The notes: a model not told the origin generated them from the letters alone. Shown: positions 34,020 to 47,180, counted from the whole stretch's first letter. The stretch: DNA of 63,955 nucleotides, filler included, from Octopus bimaculoides (GCF_001194135.2; 7 parts of 7 records of this genome joined end to end with filler, not necessarily neighbours in it), one strand, 5' to 3'. Translations and numbers: made by a program.

Positions 34020-34180
34020 TCACTCGGGTGGGGAAGTATTGATATCATGGTCGATGACATTGTTGGTGTTAGTGTGGGTGGCTAGGTTGACATTAAAAGA
34101 GGAACGGTGCCGGCGCGGCAGCGGTGGATGTAGGGGCGTTAAATACAAATGATGTACGGCGTTTCTTCTCCAAGTAGAGG
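34020..34180 (-). CDS. Candidate terminal exon, unverified
   Basis: Strong acceptor gctcgttttcttttccAG (34182-81). The phase-1 frame reads STWRRNAVHHLYLTPLHPPLPRRHRSSFNVNLATHTNTNNVIDHDINTSPPE*. Locally GC/CpG-rich unique sequence, with AATAAA ~195 nt downstream. Confidence 0.25.
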
Positions 34181-34927
34181 CTGGAAAAGAAAACGAGCTT
34201 CCCCATTCAAAAGTGGTTGTGAACAGACAATATAATTCAATAATCAAAGCTTTATAGATTGCAGCGTGAGGAATGGAGAGGGTGAAAGAGAGAAAGCGGG
34301 AGAAAGAGAGAAAGAGAAAAATGAAGGTTATAGAAATGTGAGGAATGGAGAAATTATAGATTGAGAAGCAGATAAATAAAGGAGAAGAGATTCAAACAGG
34401 AAAGGAGAATGTGTATGTGCGCGTGTGTGTGTGTGTGTGAGTGTACGGATACGTGTTTACACGTAGTATACGCGCCCGCGCGTGTGTAAATTACAAACCA
34501 TATAAATATGTCGGGTGAGCAAGTGCAAATCTGCATATTTGAATGTGCACTTGTGCTAGTTATGTTTCACATATTACTCTCCACCTTTGTGTGTGCATGT
34601 GTGTGTATGTTAAATATTTGCAGTTAAATGTGTGTGTGTGTGTTTGAGTGAGAGAGTCTACGTGTATGTGTGTATGCGCATACGTATGTGTATGTGTGTG
34701 TGTGTTTGTGAGGGTGAGTGTGTATGTTTCTATACCCGTGCGAGACTAACTTATGAGGGTGAATTTTGCCAGTATGTCTCAAACGTTTATATGCGTGCAG
34801 GTGTACTTTGGCTATGTTACACTTCACAAACACACTCGCATTAAACAGTCCCACTACATAGAGATAGATAAATAGATAGACAGACAGACAGACAGATAGA
34901 CAGATAAATAAATAAATAAATAAATAA

Positions 34928-34968
<41 letters not shown>

Positions 34969-35129
34969 CAGACAATCCTGGTCATGGCAGTTATACGCAC
35001 ATATATACACACATACACATATATATTCATACATATTCATTTCATGCATACATACACTTATGACGTACGCGCACGTATATAATAATATATTTAATATAAC
35101 ATACAGTACGTGTGTATCTATGTATATGC

Positions 35130-35176
<47 letters not shown>

Positions 35177-36495
35177 NNNNNNNNNNNNNNNNNNNNNNNN
35201 NNNNNNNNNNNNNNNNNNNNNNNNNNNNNNNNNNNNNNNNNNNNNNNNNNNNNNNNNNNNNNNNNNNNNNNNNNNNNNNNNNNNNNNNNNNNNNNNNNNN
35301 NNNNNNNNNNNNNNNNNNNNNNNNCGTATCTATATTCATACATATATATGAAATATATTTATTATCGATGTTCAGTGACGCATATGAGAATGTTCTAATG
35401 TGCATAGAACGTTAAACAAATGTGAGTCCAAACATTAGAACAAACAAGCCAGCAGTCTTTGTACCGTCTGTGTCGGTCAGAACTACTTTCATATTTCTAA
35501 GCCGCCATTTTCATTCTGTTCTCTCCCCTCCCCCCACATCCTTTCTTTGGTCTGTTTTGCTTCGCTTTGCATTACATGTCTTTATTTTTACGTCTTTGTT
35601 TGCTTGTTCGCCTACTAGTTAGCGTTTTTTTTTTTTTTTTTTTACAAATACAACAATGATAGCAATGACAACAATGAGAGAAATAAAAGTTCAAGCTGCG
35701 TATTAATCATATATGCATATTCATAAGGTACTGCTAGTTTCTCAAGCGTTCTCTAATATTCAAGTTATTATTTAAGTCATTTTTTTGTGTGTTCTTTGAA
35801 CAATTCTAGGATCTGGGATTTAAAAATTTTTAGAATTGATATTTTCGATATTGAATAAAGTTTGTATTGTAGATAGGAACAAAGTAATTTGCAACTACTT
35901 TCATTTATTTATTTATTTATCTATTTATTTATTTATCTATTTATCTATTTATTTATTTATTTATTTATTTATCTATCTATTTATTTACTTATTTATTATT
36001 TACTTTGTCGTTCATTTTTGTCGGCCACTTACAAACATGCACGACACAGGACGCATACACATGCACACGTACATATGCATGCATACACACATACATATTT
36101 ATATGCGCGCACGCGTGTGTGTGTGTGTGTGTGCGCGTGTGCATGATGATCCTTCGTCGGTTTCTACGATGAGTGTTCTGCTGTTCGATCAACTGAGTTA
36201 TCCGATCTTGAATTAGGTAGCTGAGTGCCCTCAGATACGTATAACCTTAAAGAAATTCCCAAACAGTATCAGTTTGACACAGTTCGTAACGAGGATGAAC
36301 CTTTAAAATTCAGGTAAAGTCCATCCGATTGGTTTCTCTACAGTTCCAGTCCGCCTAATTTCACTCACAAATTTATGGGTCGGCCCAAACCTAGAGAAAA
36401 TGACAGTTGTTTAAGATGTTAATAAAGTGAGAGTGAACACAGGGCCTCGTGGTTACGAAACAAATTTGTTAATTAATCGGCCACGCGCGCACGCG

Positions 36496-36534
<39 letters not shown>

Positions 36535-37774
36535 CTATGGATGTAATTTTCAAATAAATTACGTAACAATCTTCTCTACCTACAGTTATCATATTCGGTT
36601 AAAATGTCTTATGGTTAAGCTGGTTCCTATGCATTTCCCTGAAGAGAAGATTACATCCTTATCAACATCACCTATTCCTATGGAAGGTATAATTTGTAAT
36701 CTTCGAAACATATGTTGGAAATAAAAGAATTCATTTAACATATGCGTTTTACTGCATTTACTAAATTTATATTATATATATATGAATGTGTTTGTGCGTG
36801 TATAATATCAAGATATTGTACAGAAGAACAACGAAGGAACATACGGAAAACACACAAAGGACGTGGAGACGCTCCTCCTCATCGGTTATCAACCAAGACT
36901 CTTCACGATTTCGACACCTTATCGATAATATTGTTCAGTTTGGCGACTCAGCAGCAAAAAATGCTGAGGCATAAATGAGCGAGCATAAAGGATAGACTAA
37001 GGTAAGCACTAAAAAAAAAAGAAAGAAAAGACGGAGTCTTAAGACCGAACTAAAAAAGGACAAGTTATAAGGAGAATGGGAAATATATATAAAATGGAAA
37101 ACCAAGGACGGTAGTGGAAAAATAAATATGTAATGAACGACAGAAGTGTTTGTATACATAAATATACATACACGNNNNNNNNNNCATATGTGTGTGTGTG
37201 CGTGTGTGTGTGTGTGTGTGCGTGTGTGTGTGTGTACGTGTGTGTGTGTGTGCGTATCTATGTAATACGAATGTATGTACATATGTGTGTATGTATCTAT
37301 CTATGTATGCATATATGCGCGTGTGTCTGTGTGTGTATGTGTGTGTGCGCGCGTGTGTGTGTGCGCGCGTGTGTGCATGAATCCAGGTAGGCATGTGCGC
37401 ATATAAATCCATTTCAATTCTTAATTATTTGAATTCTTCTTGTAAGGAAGAAAGTGGTTTCTAATAAAGATACAAAAGCTCCATCCTTGGAATGGTGATA
37501 ACAAAAGTAATGTCATATATTGAACATGTAAAAGTCTTACATACGCGGTGTGTGTTCATAGCACATACGAATCACCAGTGTGACACCTTATTGTGTGTTC
37601 CATCAGTCAAAACTATCCCAGAGCGATGAATCTAACAAGAATACAGGCTCTTGTTCATAGAAATTAGCAAATGAAATATTTGTTGATAACTTCTGATGTC
37701 TATTAAATATGAACCCCGTTAGGCGCTCACTTTCCTCTACCAATCGTGCAATGGGATCAGTGGAACAATCTAAG

Positions 37775-38530
37775 GAGGATTAGTGGTGGAGAAATGTGAC
37801 GACGTCCTCAGGGAGACTGGGCGTCGAAAAAAATGAACTGGCTAGTCTGTTCCGGAGGACTTTCCGGTGGGAGACTGCTATGGATAATTTCTAGAAGTTC
37901 TTGGCTTAGGAATACTACAGAAGTGTAGTGCTAGCTGGTGGTGCTACTGATTTGAGATAAACTCTACAAGCACAGATGTGCTGTCGGATGGGTCTGTCCA
38001 AGATACGTACAGAGTCATGAAACCGTTCAACACGAATTCGTTCAGTATCCGTGCATTGCTGACGTGTGGAATTTTGCTGAACAGCTGCTGTCGTGTGTGG
38101 AATGGATCTGTCTATCGACTGTGTCTATAGTGATAATTGCTCCGCTGCCCTTCTTTAACCTGGCTGGTAAGGAAGTTTTCCTTTGTCTGGTGGCTATGGC
38201 GAAAGAGGTTGTCTAGTAGACGAAGCTGGAAAGTATGAGGACAGAGATTCCTTTCTGGTGGAGCCTTCATCAACTTTTTTCAAATTTCGATTGAAAAGGA
38301 AAGTGACGCTAAAGAGAGAGGTGTTGTTCTCGAGTGAATTCATTGAAAGGTGGGCGAAAGTGACAGAAATGGTAAGAGTGGATGGCACTGCTCTAAGGAT
38401 TAGACCTGTGAACCAGAGAACAGGAATTGGATAGAGCAATTACTCTTGGTGTGCAAGGAGAACTTGTATGGTGTGCTTCCTCGATTGGCCCTAGAGGTGT
38501 TCCTGTATCAGGAGGATCGCATCATAATCA
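37775..38530 (+). mobile_element. Tx1/L1-clade LINE ORF2 3' end (zinc-knuckle region) and partial 3' UTR
   Basis: RDKLYKH..VCPRY..HETVQHEFVQYPCIADVWNFAEQLL..FLCLVAMAKEVV**; FFKFRLKRKVTLKREVL..FIERWAKV. Homologous to 48290-49830. Confidence 0.78.
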
Positions 38531-40159
38531 CTTTGCATTTCTATTTTCGACGATGCCTTCAGGTTTGTGGTCGTTCCAGTTTTTTGCTCTGTCAAGTCTA
38601 TACTTGTTGCAAAGTGTCCAATGGACAGGCCTGGCTATATTGTCGTGGCATCTCTTATATTCCTTCTGGGCTAGTGGCGTACATTGGCTGGTAATATGCC
38701 ATATGGTTTCACCGTTTTGTCCACAGATTCTGCACTTATCACTTTCTGCTGTGTTGTCTATTCTGTATTTTATGTAGTTTGTTGTTAGTGCTTACTCTTG
38801 GGCCGCACAGGTTACAGCCTCCGTTTCCGGTTTTAAATCACTTTTAGTCATCCACAGCCATCTTTTTTCTCTGTCTGTGTTATCTTCAACATCCCTATGA
38901 AATTGACCATGCATTCTTTTCTTTACCCACCTATTTTCAGTTTCATTCGTTTTCAATTTCTTGTATAGAGCTTTATCTTTGCAATCTTTCATCCTATACA
39001 AGCCTGACCTTCCTACTTCTAATAATAGCGGATCTGTAGCATTTTTTACATACCATGCTATGTTGTTTTCTTCTGCTCTAATGCTGTGTTCGCATCCAAT
39101 AAGTCCTCCCACCTCTTTTTCTTAGTACATGCAGTCTGTCTGTGTCACTTTTGGGGTGGAGTGGTCCATATCTAGTAAGCAACTTCCTTATCTTTCTGCC
39201 AAAGCTTTTCGTAGACAGTAGACAGTTCGTCTACTGTCCATGCGATTACTCCTGCTCCATATCTAAGGAGTGAAACCGCCCAGGTGTTGATAGCTTCGAT
39301 CTTATTTCGTCCATTTAATTTCGACTTATTTATCAGTCTCAGTCTGCGCAAGTATTCCACCTTAAATTTTTCTGTCATTTCTATCTCCATCAATGTATCC
39401 ATTTCCCAAATCCCCAAGTGTTTATAGCCCCTCTCTTCTATCTGCTTCAGAACTTCCCCCGACAGTATCGTTAGCCCGTCCATACATTTGACTTTGCCTC
39501 TCTTCAAGACTAACACACCACACTTTCTCAGTCTGAACTCCATTCTGATATCAGCACTGATGGTATACACCGTATCAACGAGAGAACAGACTTGGGCTTC
39601 ATCTTTACCATAAAGTTTGAGGTCTTCCATGAATAACAAATGGTTGACTTTTTTGTGGCGGCTTTTGAATACATACCCAGCTTTTGCTTTCCTCAGAATC
39701 AGTGTTAGTGGTATCAAGCACAGTACAAAGATCAGTGGGGACAGGTAGTCCCCTTGGAAAATACCCCTCCTAATTTCTACTGTCCTTAAACTTCTTCCGT
39801 ATGCTGTCAGGTCCGTCCTCCAATTGGCCATACTTTTTCCAAGCAATCGGTCAACATTCGATGCAATACCAAATAGGTTCATACACTCCATAATCCAAGA
39901 ATGTGGGATCATATCGTACGCTTTACGATAGTCGATCCATGACATAGCTAAGTTACTTTTTCTCCTCTTGCAGTCTCTAAATATAGTTTTGTCTATCAGG
40001 AGTTGATCCTTGGTACCTCTGCACTTACGCATGCAACCCTTCTGCTCATTTGGCAGGACTCCATTTTTTTCCAGATGTTCGTACATTGACTCTGAGAGTA
40101 TTCCAGTCAATAACCACATAAGTGGCAAACAGGATATCGGCCTGTAATTGTCTTAATAT
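38531..40159 (-). mobile_element. R4/Dong-like LINE (family 2): RT and zinc knuckle, truncated at both ends
   Basis: [12 protein letters not shown]; [58 protein letters not shown] (catalytic DD mutated to ED); MHGQFHR; QE*ALTTNY..KCRICGQNGETIWHITSQC..YKRCHDNIA. It breaks off before the REL motif. Confidence 0.93.
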
Positions 40160-40246
<87 letters not shown>

Positions 40247-40260
40247 TAGTAGTAGTAGTA
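40160..40260. repeat. (TAG)n/(CTA)n microsatellite abutting the 5' end of the R4-like element
   Basis: Directly visible. Confidence 0.97.
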
Positions 40261-40543
40261 GATTTACACTGATCAAAAATTCCTTCCATGAGAACAACAC
40301 AAAAACTTCCTTGGATCAGGTATATGCTAATCTGGGTGGAGGGGTTATGATTTCTTAAACGTATTTAATAATTTGTAATTTAAGAAAATGTTAAATTTTT
40401 AATTAAAGAAAATATTGTGACTCTATTAAGAGAGAGAGAAAGATTAACTGATTGACAGACAGACAGATAGACAGGCAGATAGGCAGGCAGACAGACTGAC
40501 AGATAGACAGACAGACAGATAGTCAGACAGATAGACAGACAGG

Positions 40544-40599
<56 letters not shown>

Positions 40600-41053
40600 G
40601 AGATAGAGAGATAGATAGATACTATTAAACTTCAGTTAAACGAAATTTGGATAACATCAGTTATCCAAATTTTGTATCGTTCAAACTCGAGAAATACCAT
40701 TTCCTATTTTATTTATCATGATTAACAGCACATGTAAATATCTTACTTCAAAGATGTATTCCTGACACCATTGATGCGATCACGTCTTCTATTTACCGTG
40801 TCAGTTGGCTCGACATTGTGATTTCAGTCGATCACCTTAAATGGCGTTAAAACAATTTTAAGTCATAAAAATGACTGACTAGTACTGGTGTCTTGACTTT
40901 CAACAGTTCCCCAGTTATGTGTAACAGCTGAATACAGCTAAAGGCAGTTGCTTATAATATATAATGTACAATATTGAATCAAACAATGTTCAAGCGAATA
41001 CAATAATCCTTCATTAACAGATGTTGATACTAAATCTAAAGCTTAAAAATACT

Positions 41054-41448
41054 GACGTGTTGTGTGGTTGAGAAGTCTGCTCTCCAGCCGTGTGATCTTG
41101 GGTTCAGTCTCACTACGTGTTCTCTACTATAGCCTTGTGCTGACCAAGGCCTTGTGAGTAGATTTGGTAGACTGAAACTGAAAGACCACTGTATGTACGC
41201 GCGCTAGTGTGTATACGTACGTGCGTGTGCGTAATTCTTTTTCTGTTAATGTTATGATTCTCACACACACAACCCCGCCACTACTTGACAGCCGCTGATG
41301 GTCTGTGTGCATCTCCGTAACTTAGTGCTTCGGCAAAAGAGATTTACAGAATAATTACCAGGTTTACAAAATAAGTACTGGGGTTAATTTGTTCGACAAA
41401 ACCTCTTAAGGTGGTGCTCCAGCATGACGACTGAAGCTAGTAAAAGAC
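41054..41448 (+). mobile_element. SINE family A, older diverged copy
   Basis: tgtgtggttgagaag..ccttgtgagtagatttggtagactgaaactgaaaga..cttcggcaaaagaga..aggtggtgctccagcatg. Confidence 0.85.
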
Positions 41449-41959
41449 ATGCAAATGTGTCGTACATTTTTACATAAAGTGGATATATTAATCAAAGTAT
41501 ACAGTAACATAGATATTTTTTCCATGCCTGCCATCTTTGAAGAGCACAGGGTATAACATAAAGTCGTTATCTAATGTCCGGTGCGAAACCGATCGACTAA
41601 TATGGATTTATAAAGCTGTATACTTTAATATATATATATATATATATATATANNNNNNNNNNNNNNNNNNNNNNNNNNNNNNNNNNNNNNNNNNNNNNNN
41701 NNNNNNNNNNNNNNNNNNNNNNNNNNNNNNNNNNNNNNNNNNNNNNNNNNNNNNNNNNNNNNNNNNNNNNNNNNNNNNNNNNNNNNNNNNNNNNNNNNNN
41801 NNNNNNNNNNNNNNNNNNNNNNNNNNNNNNNNNNNNNNNNNNNNNNNNNNNNNNNNNNNNNNNNNNNNNNNNNNNNNNNNNNNNNNNNNNNNNNNNNNNT
41901 ATGTATGTATGTACGTATGTATGTATGTATGTATGTATGTATGTATGTATGTATATCTT

Positions 41960-42150
41960 TTATTTTTTGCTTGTTTCAGTCATCTATCATTAGACTGCGG
42001 CTACTCCATGAAGAATTTTTAGTCGAATGAATCGACATCAGTACTTATTTTTTAAAAGCCTAGTACTCATTCTATAGGGTCCTATTGCCGAACCGCTAGG
42101 CTGCGGGAACGTAAACACACTTACGCCGGTTGTCTGTCAAGCGGTGGTAG
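41960..42150 (-). mobile_element. SINE family A, 3' portion
   Basis: Reverse complement of the family A tail (cttgtttcagtca..ctgcggc..agcctagtactcattctat..tgccgaaccgcta). Confidence 0.8.
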
Positions 42151-42234
42151 GACACAAACACAGGCACAATGATATACGCATACGCACGCATGAACGTACG
42201 CACACTCACACACACACATATACATACGTATATA

Positions 42235-42265
<31 letters not shown>

Positions 42266-43025
42266 ATAGAGGTGAGAGGGATAACTCCCTTGGCAAACAG
42301 GACACAGTCGTGTGTCGATAAGCCAGCTGGAGGAGATGTCCTCCTGGGGCTAAAAGCAACAGTAACATCCACCCCTAGGGGTCAGCCACACTTAAGTGGC
42401 AATATACTACACTTTATCGTGCAGTTACTGTTAATACTTCATATAGAGAATTAACATTGCTTGTTTTCACCTTTTCAATATCAGTGAAGAATGCCANNNN
42501 NNNNNNNNNNNNNNNNNNNNNNNNNNNNNNNNNNNNNNNNNNNNNNNNNNNNNNNNNNNNNNNNNNNNNNNNNNNNNNNNNNNNNNNNNNNNNNNNNNNN
42601 NNNNNNNNNNNNNNNNNNNNNNNNNNNNNNNNNNNNNNNNNNNNNNNNNNNNNNNNNNNNNNNNNNNNNNNNNNNNNNNNNNNNNNNNNNNNNNNNNNNN
42701 NNNNNNNNNNNNNNNNNNNNNNNNNNNNNNNNNNNNNNNNNNNNNNNNNNNNNNNNNNNNNNNNNNNNNNNNNNNNNNNNNNNNNNNNNNNNNNNNNNNN
42801 NNNNNNNNNNNNNNNNNNNNNNNNNNNNNNNNNNNNNNNNNNNNNNNNNNNNNNNNNNNNNNNNNNNNNNNNNNNNNNNNNNNNNNNNNNNNNNNNNNNN
42901 NNNNNNNNNNNNNNNNNNNNNNNNNNNNNNNNNNNNNNNNNNNNNNNNNNNNNNNNNNNNNNNNNNNNNNNNNNNNNNNNNNNNNNNNNNNNNNNNNNNN
43001 NNNNNNNNTGTGTGTGTGTGTGTGT

Positions 43026-43066
<41 letters not shown>

Positions 43067-43261
43067 AGCATGTGTGTGTGCGTATTGAAACACTACACCT
43101 CTCACCATAAAGTAAAGCTACATGGGAAAATATTAACAGATAATACATCTATATCATATAAAGTTCCCCATCAAAATAGCAATAATCATAAAAAATATAA
43201 GAAGGCAACATTGGTTTCAAATTTTGTTATAGATCCAGCAATTTCGGGGAAGGGTGTAAGT

Positions 43262-43427
43262 TGATTGTATCGGCCCCAGTGTTCAACTGCTACTTATTTT
43301 ATCGACCCCGAAAGAAAAAAAAGAAAAATTGCCTGCAGTGGAATTTGAACTGAGAACATAAAGGCGGACGAAAAGCCGCTTATGCATTTTGCCCGACGTG
43401 CTAACGATTCTGCGAGCTCGCCGTCTT
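43262..43427 (-). mobile_element. SINE family B, older copy
   Basis: acttattttatcgaccccgaaa..atttgaactgagaac..cgtgctaacgattctgcgagctcgccgtctt. Confidence 0.85.
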
Positions 43428-43443
43428 ATAAGAAAGTAATATT

Positions 43444-44135
43444 TATTTCTTTATTGCCCACAGGGGGCTAAACATAGAGGGGACAAACAAGGACAGACAA
43501 AGGGATTAAGTCCGTTACATCGACACCAGTGCATAACTGGTACTTATTTAATCTACCCCGAAAGGATAAAAGGCAAAGTCGACCTCGGCGGAATTTTGAA
43601 CTCAGAACGGAACGGCAGACGAAATACCAATTTCTTTATTGCCCACGGGGGGCTAAACATAGAATGGTACAAAACAACTGATTGGGATCAGTAATGCGAA
43701 TGGTTTACATAAAATATGACTTTAAAAATTATATAAAATATAAAAAAATCGAATGATATTAACAGTACGTTAGACAACACACAAATGAAGCGATGATCAG
43801 GCCACGCTCCGACCCCACAAGCCCCGATCTATCGCTGGCGCCTTTTTTTCTTTTTTCCTTTGTTTTCGTCTATTCACACGGTTCCTTGCACGCACAAGTA
43901 TATTTCTTTATTGCCTACAGGAGGCTAAACATAGAGGGGACAAGCAAGGACAGACAAAGGGATTAAGTCGATTACATCGACCCCAGTGCGTAACTGGAAC
44001 TTATTTAATCGACCCCGAAAGGATGAAAGGCAAATTCGACCTCGGCGGAATTTTGAACTCAGAACGCAACGGCAGACGAAATACCGCTAAGCATTACGCC
44101 CGGCGTGCTAACGATTCTGACAGCTCACGGCTCTC
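43444..44135 (-). mobile_element. Composite block: full SINE B, ~230-bp unique spacer, SINE B tail fragment and truncated SINE B, bounded by a 16-bp direct repeat
   Basis: Copies at 44135-43901, ~43670-43630 and 43628-43444. ATAAGAAAGTAATATT is identical at 43428-43443 and 44136-44151. Confidence 0.8.
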
Positions 44136-44543
44136 ATAAGAAAGTAATATTAATACAACTATAACATAGACTGGTCACAAACCGGATAAGCACGTGTCCC
44201 ATGATGTGTGACTCTAACAGCCAAAATACGTGGCTGAAACAAACGTTGCCCACTTTTAAAGAAGCAACAGAGAAGCCAACACTACTTGTTAGCCTAATGA
44301 TTTGGTTGAGATAGTCTGGGGATGGTAATAAAAATGAAATTAAGAACTCTATTGTTCCAAATAAACTGTAACGGTTTTATAAGAAGATGCGATAAATTCT
44401 AATAAAAACAATTAAATTGGAACATAGCCATACTTTCAATATTACATGCCAAAAGAGAAAAGCAGTTCCCCCATATATGTGTATGTGTGTGCGCGTGTGT
44501 GTATGTACGTATGCATGTATGTTTATATGCATATACGTATGTA

Positions 44544-44598
<55 letters not shown>

Positions 44599-44983
44599 CA
44601 ATATTACTGTTGTCAAATAATTATTAGAAGCGATGCATCTAACTCATCAGTTTTTCTTGATGTTATTATATGCTGCAAAGTCATTTGCATAAAGTTGGTT
44701 ATGCAAAGGCAGACAATAGGATCTCTAAAACATAAAGATAATTGAAGAAACAAATGGGCTTATTAAAACAGAAATATAATAATAACGTGTATAACTTAAC
44801 ATGCATGGAGAAATGTGTGATAAAATTAGAGGTTTATGCTTAATTGAATACATAGTGTTTATTAACAATCCCTATTTTACACACTTTTTATTAATAAAAT
44901 AACTATTTGTTTAAGATTGTCTTTAGTGAGTTAAAAATTTAATTAAAAAGCTGAGCTATCATTTTAGCTAACTCGCTAAATTC

Positions 44984-45027
<44 letters not shown>

Positions 45028-45068
45028 CCTTTCTCTCTCACTCACATACTTTCACTTTCACTTTCTCA

Positions 45069-45100
<32 letters not shown>

Positions 45101-45979
45101 CTTACGTACGTACGTTAAGCTGCATGTGTATAAATATAGATGAAACAAATAAACATAGTATGTGTATGTGTGTATATACATACACACACACACATATATA
45201 TATGTATATGGATCGATAGATAGCTATCGATACATGTATATTTCGCTAGTTTTGACGATGGGTGCATTTATAATAGTGTTGCGTGCATTTATTATATATT
45301 TATTATATACAGTATCGTCCGACAAGTTTGTGGGGAAAAAGACAAAGTTGTTTTTTAAAAAAATTGTCGTTCATTTTTTTTTTCTTCTTTACACGCTATA
45401 GCGAGCTACATTACATTATCAAAAGAGTATCTTACTAACTTTATATTAACTGTGAAAATTACCGTGGTTAATGGGAATAACTTTAATATAATAATATAGT
45501 TTGCAATTTCAAGAAAAAAAAAAACTGAAAATTTTTTAAATGTATTGGATAAAACATTTGGAAAGCAAATTATTTGCTTGATAATTTACATTTAAAAAAT
45601 ATGCAACGGAATGTACGCAATATTTGGTGATGACTTTATTCTCTTTTAATGTTTAATCATTACGTGATTTCTCTGGATTTTTAAATTGATAGATTTTTTT
45701 TTTATATCTTCTAAAAAAAAAATAATATATCATTTTTTCCTTTTATATATCCTTTTTTATATCGTCCAAAATAATGAATTTAAAAAAAACATATCTCTCA
45801 TATGGGCTTGCATTAGATAGGGGAGAGCAGCAGCGAACTAGACAAGCAATCAGTCCACCTTGTAGAAAGGCGTCGTTGAACGCAGCGAACACACGCGACA
45901 CCGACGCCGCCTTTATACAGATAGCGAATCGAATTGAGCGACATTCACCTAACCTGGAGATGGTTGTGCGTTAGTATCC

Positions 45980-46018
<39 letters not shown>

Positions 46019-46074
46019 AGGCTGGAGTAACAGCAGTCGGATAGCAGTAGCAATAATAGACTTGAGGTTCTCAA

Positions 46075-46300
46075 ATATTGGTTTCAAATTTTGGTACAAG
46101 GTCAGCAGTTTTCAGAGAGGACGTAAGTCGATTACATTAACCCCCACTGTTCAAAGTGTTCGACTAGAACTTATTTTATCGACTCTGACAAGATGAAAGG
46201 TAAAGTCGACCTTGGCAGCATTTGAACTCAGATCGTAAAGACGGACGAAATGCTGCTAAGTATTTTGCCCGGCGTGCTAATGACTCTGCCAGCTCGCCGC
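46075..46300 (-). mobile_element. SINE family B (older subfamily, ..gtaccaaaatttgaaaccaatat tail)
   Basis: Reverse complement of ggcggcgagctggcagagtcattagcacgccgggcaaaat..gagttcaaatgc..gtcgactttacctttcatc. Confidence 0.88.
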
Positions 46301-47180
46301 CCGAACGCTCTCGAATATCGATATCTCTAAAATATGTATTGACCAATCCAGAAAACATAGCTTATTTGTCTTCTATTTAGTTTATCATATACTGTTAACT
46401 ATACACATCGATGATTTATGAAAATGTAGACCTGTCTTTCGTTGCTTAATCCTAGTTTAAATTAAACCAATAATTTGAATGGTGTGGAGAGATGGAGTTC
46501 CTTCTGACAAAGATTGTTTTCCTTTTTACAAGTGCCTTTTATCTTTTGGTCTACTTTCCAAGTATCGAGTTGGCAGAATCGGTAGAGCCTTCTAGTGCTC
46601 GTTCCGGCTCCCTACCTTCTGAATTCGAATCTCAACTTTCATCCTTTCGAGGTTGATAAATAAAGTACCAGTACAGTACAAAGATTGATTCTTCTTTCCT
46701 TTTCTTCCTTTCTGTCTCACTAACCCTTTCTTCTTTCTTCTCTTTGGACATAATTCAATAGTTCAGCTTTTCACATTATATCACGGTGTTTTGGCAAGAG
46801 AATTGAGTTTAGTGTACACGTATCCTCGGAATAATCAGCCACTTACACGTTAATTTCATGGACGACATTTCATTGGACGAACAAGAGAAAGCTCTTCGCT
46901 GACACCGAAGGAGAATCCAACTCAGGTGTCTTCCATGTTTCGTGGTATATTTGATCTACCTGCTTGTTTTAAGAATCCACGCTTCGTGTACTCTGTTCAA
47001 AATATTGTGTTAATGAAACCAAGCCATAAACAGCCATCTTTTCGACAACAGTCTCCAATATAAGTGTAATAATAACCAAACATATTATCGTACAAGCTTC
47101 TGAAAGCCTCTAAAAGCATGTTCCCTTCTACCTGCCCCCTTAAGCATGTCGCATTTGTTCTTCAGATGAGCTTTATGTCC

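Noticed and set aside
35498-35512. YY1-like GCCGCCATTTT
   Set aside because: An isolated motif. The overlapping ATG GCG GCT is followed at once by TAG and there is no other promoter evidence.
36820-36980. Region open in three frames after tgtacAG
   Set aside because: No donor, no recognisable motif, and the purine-rich composition reduces stop frequency.
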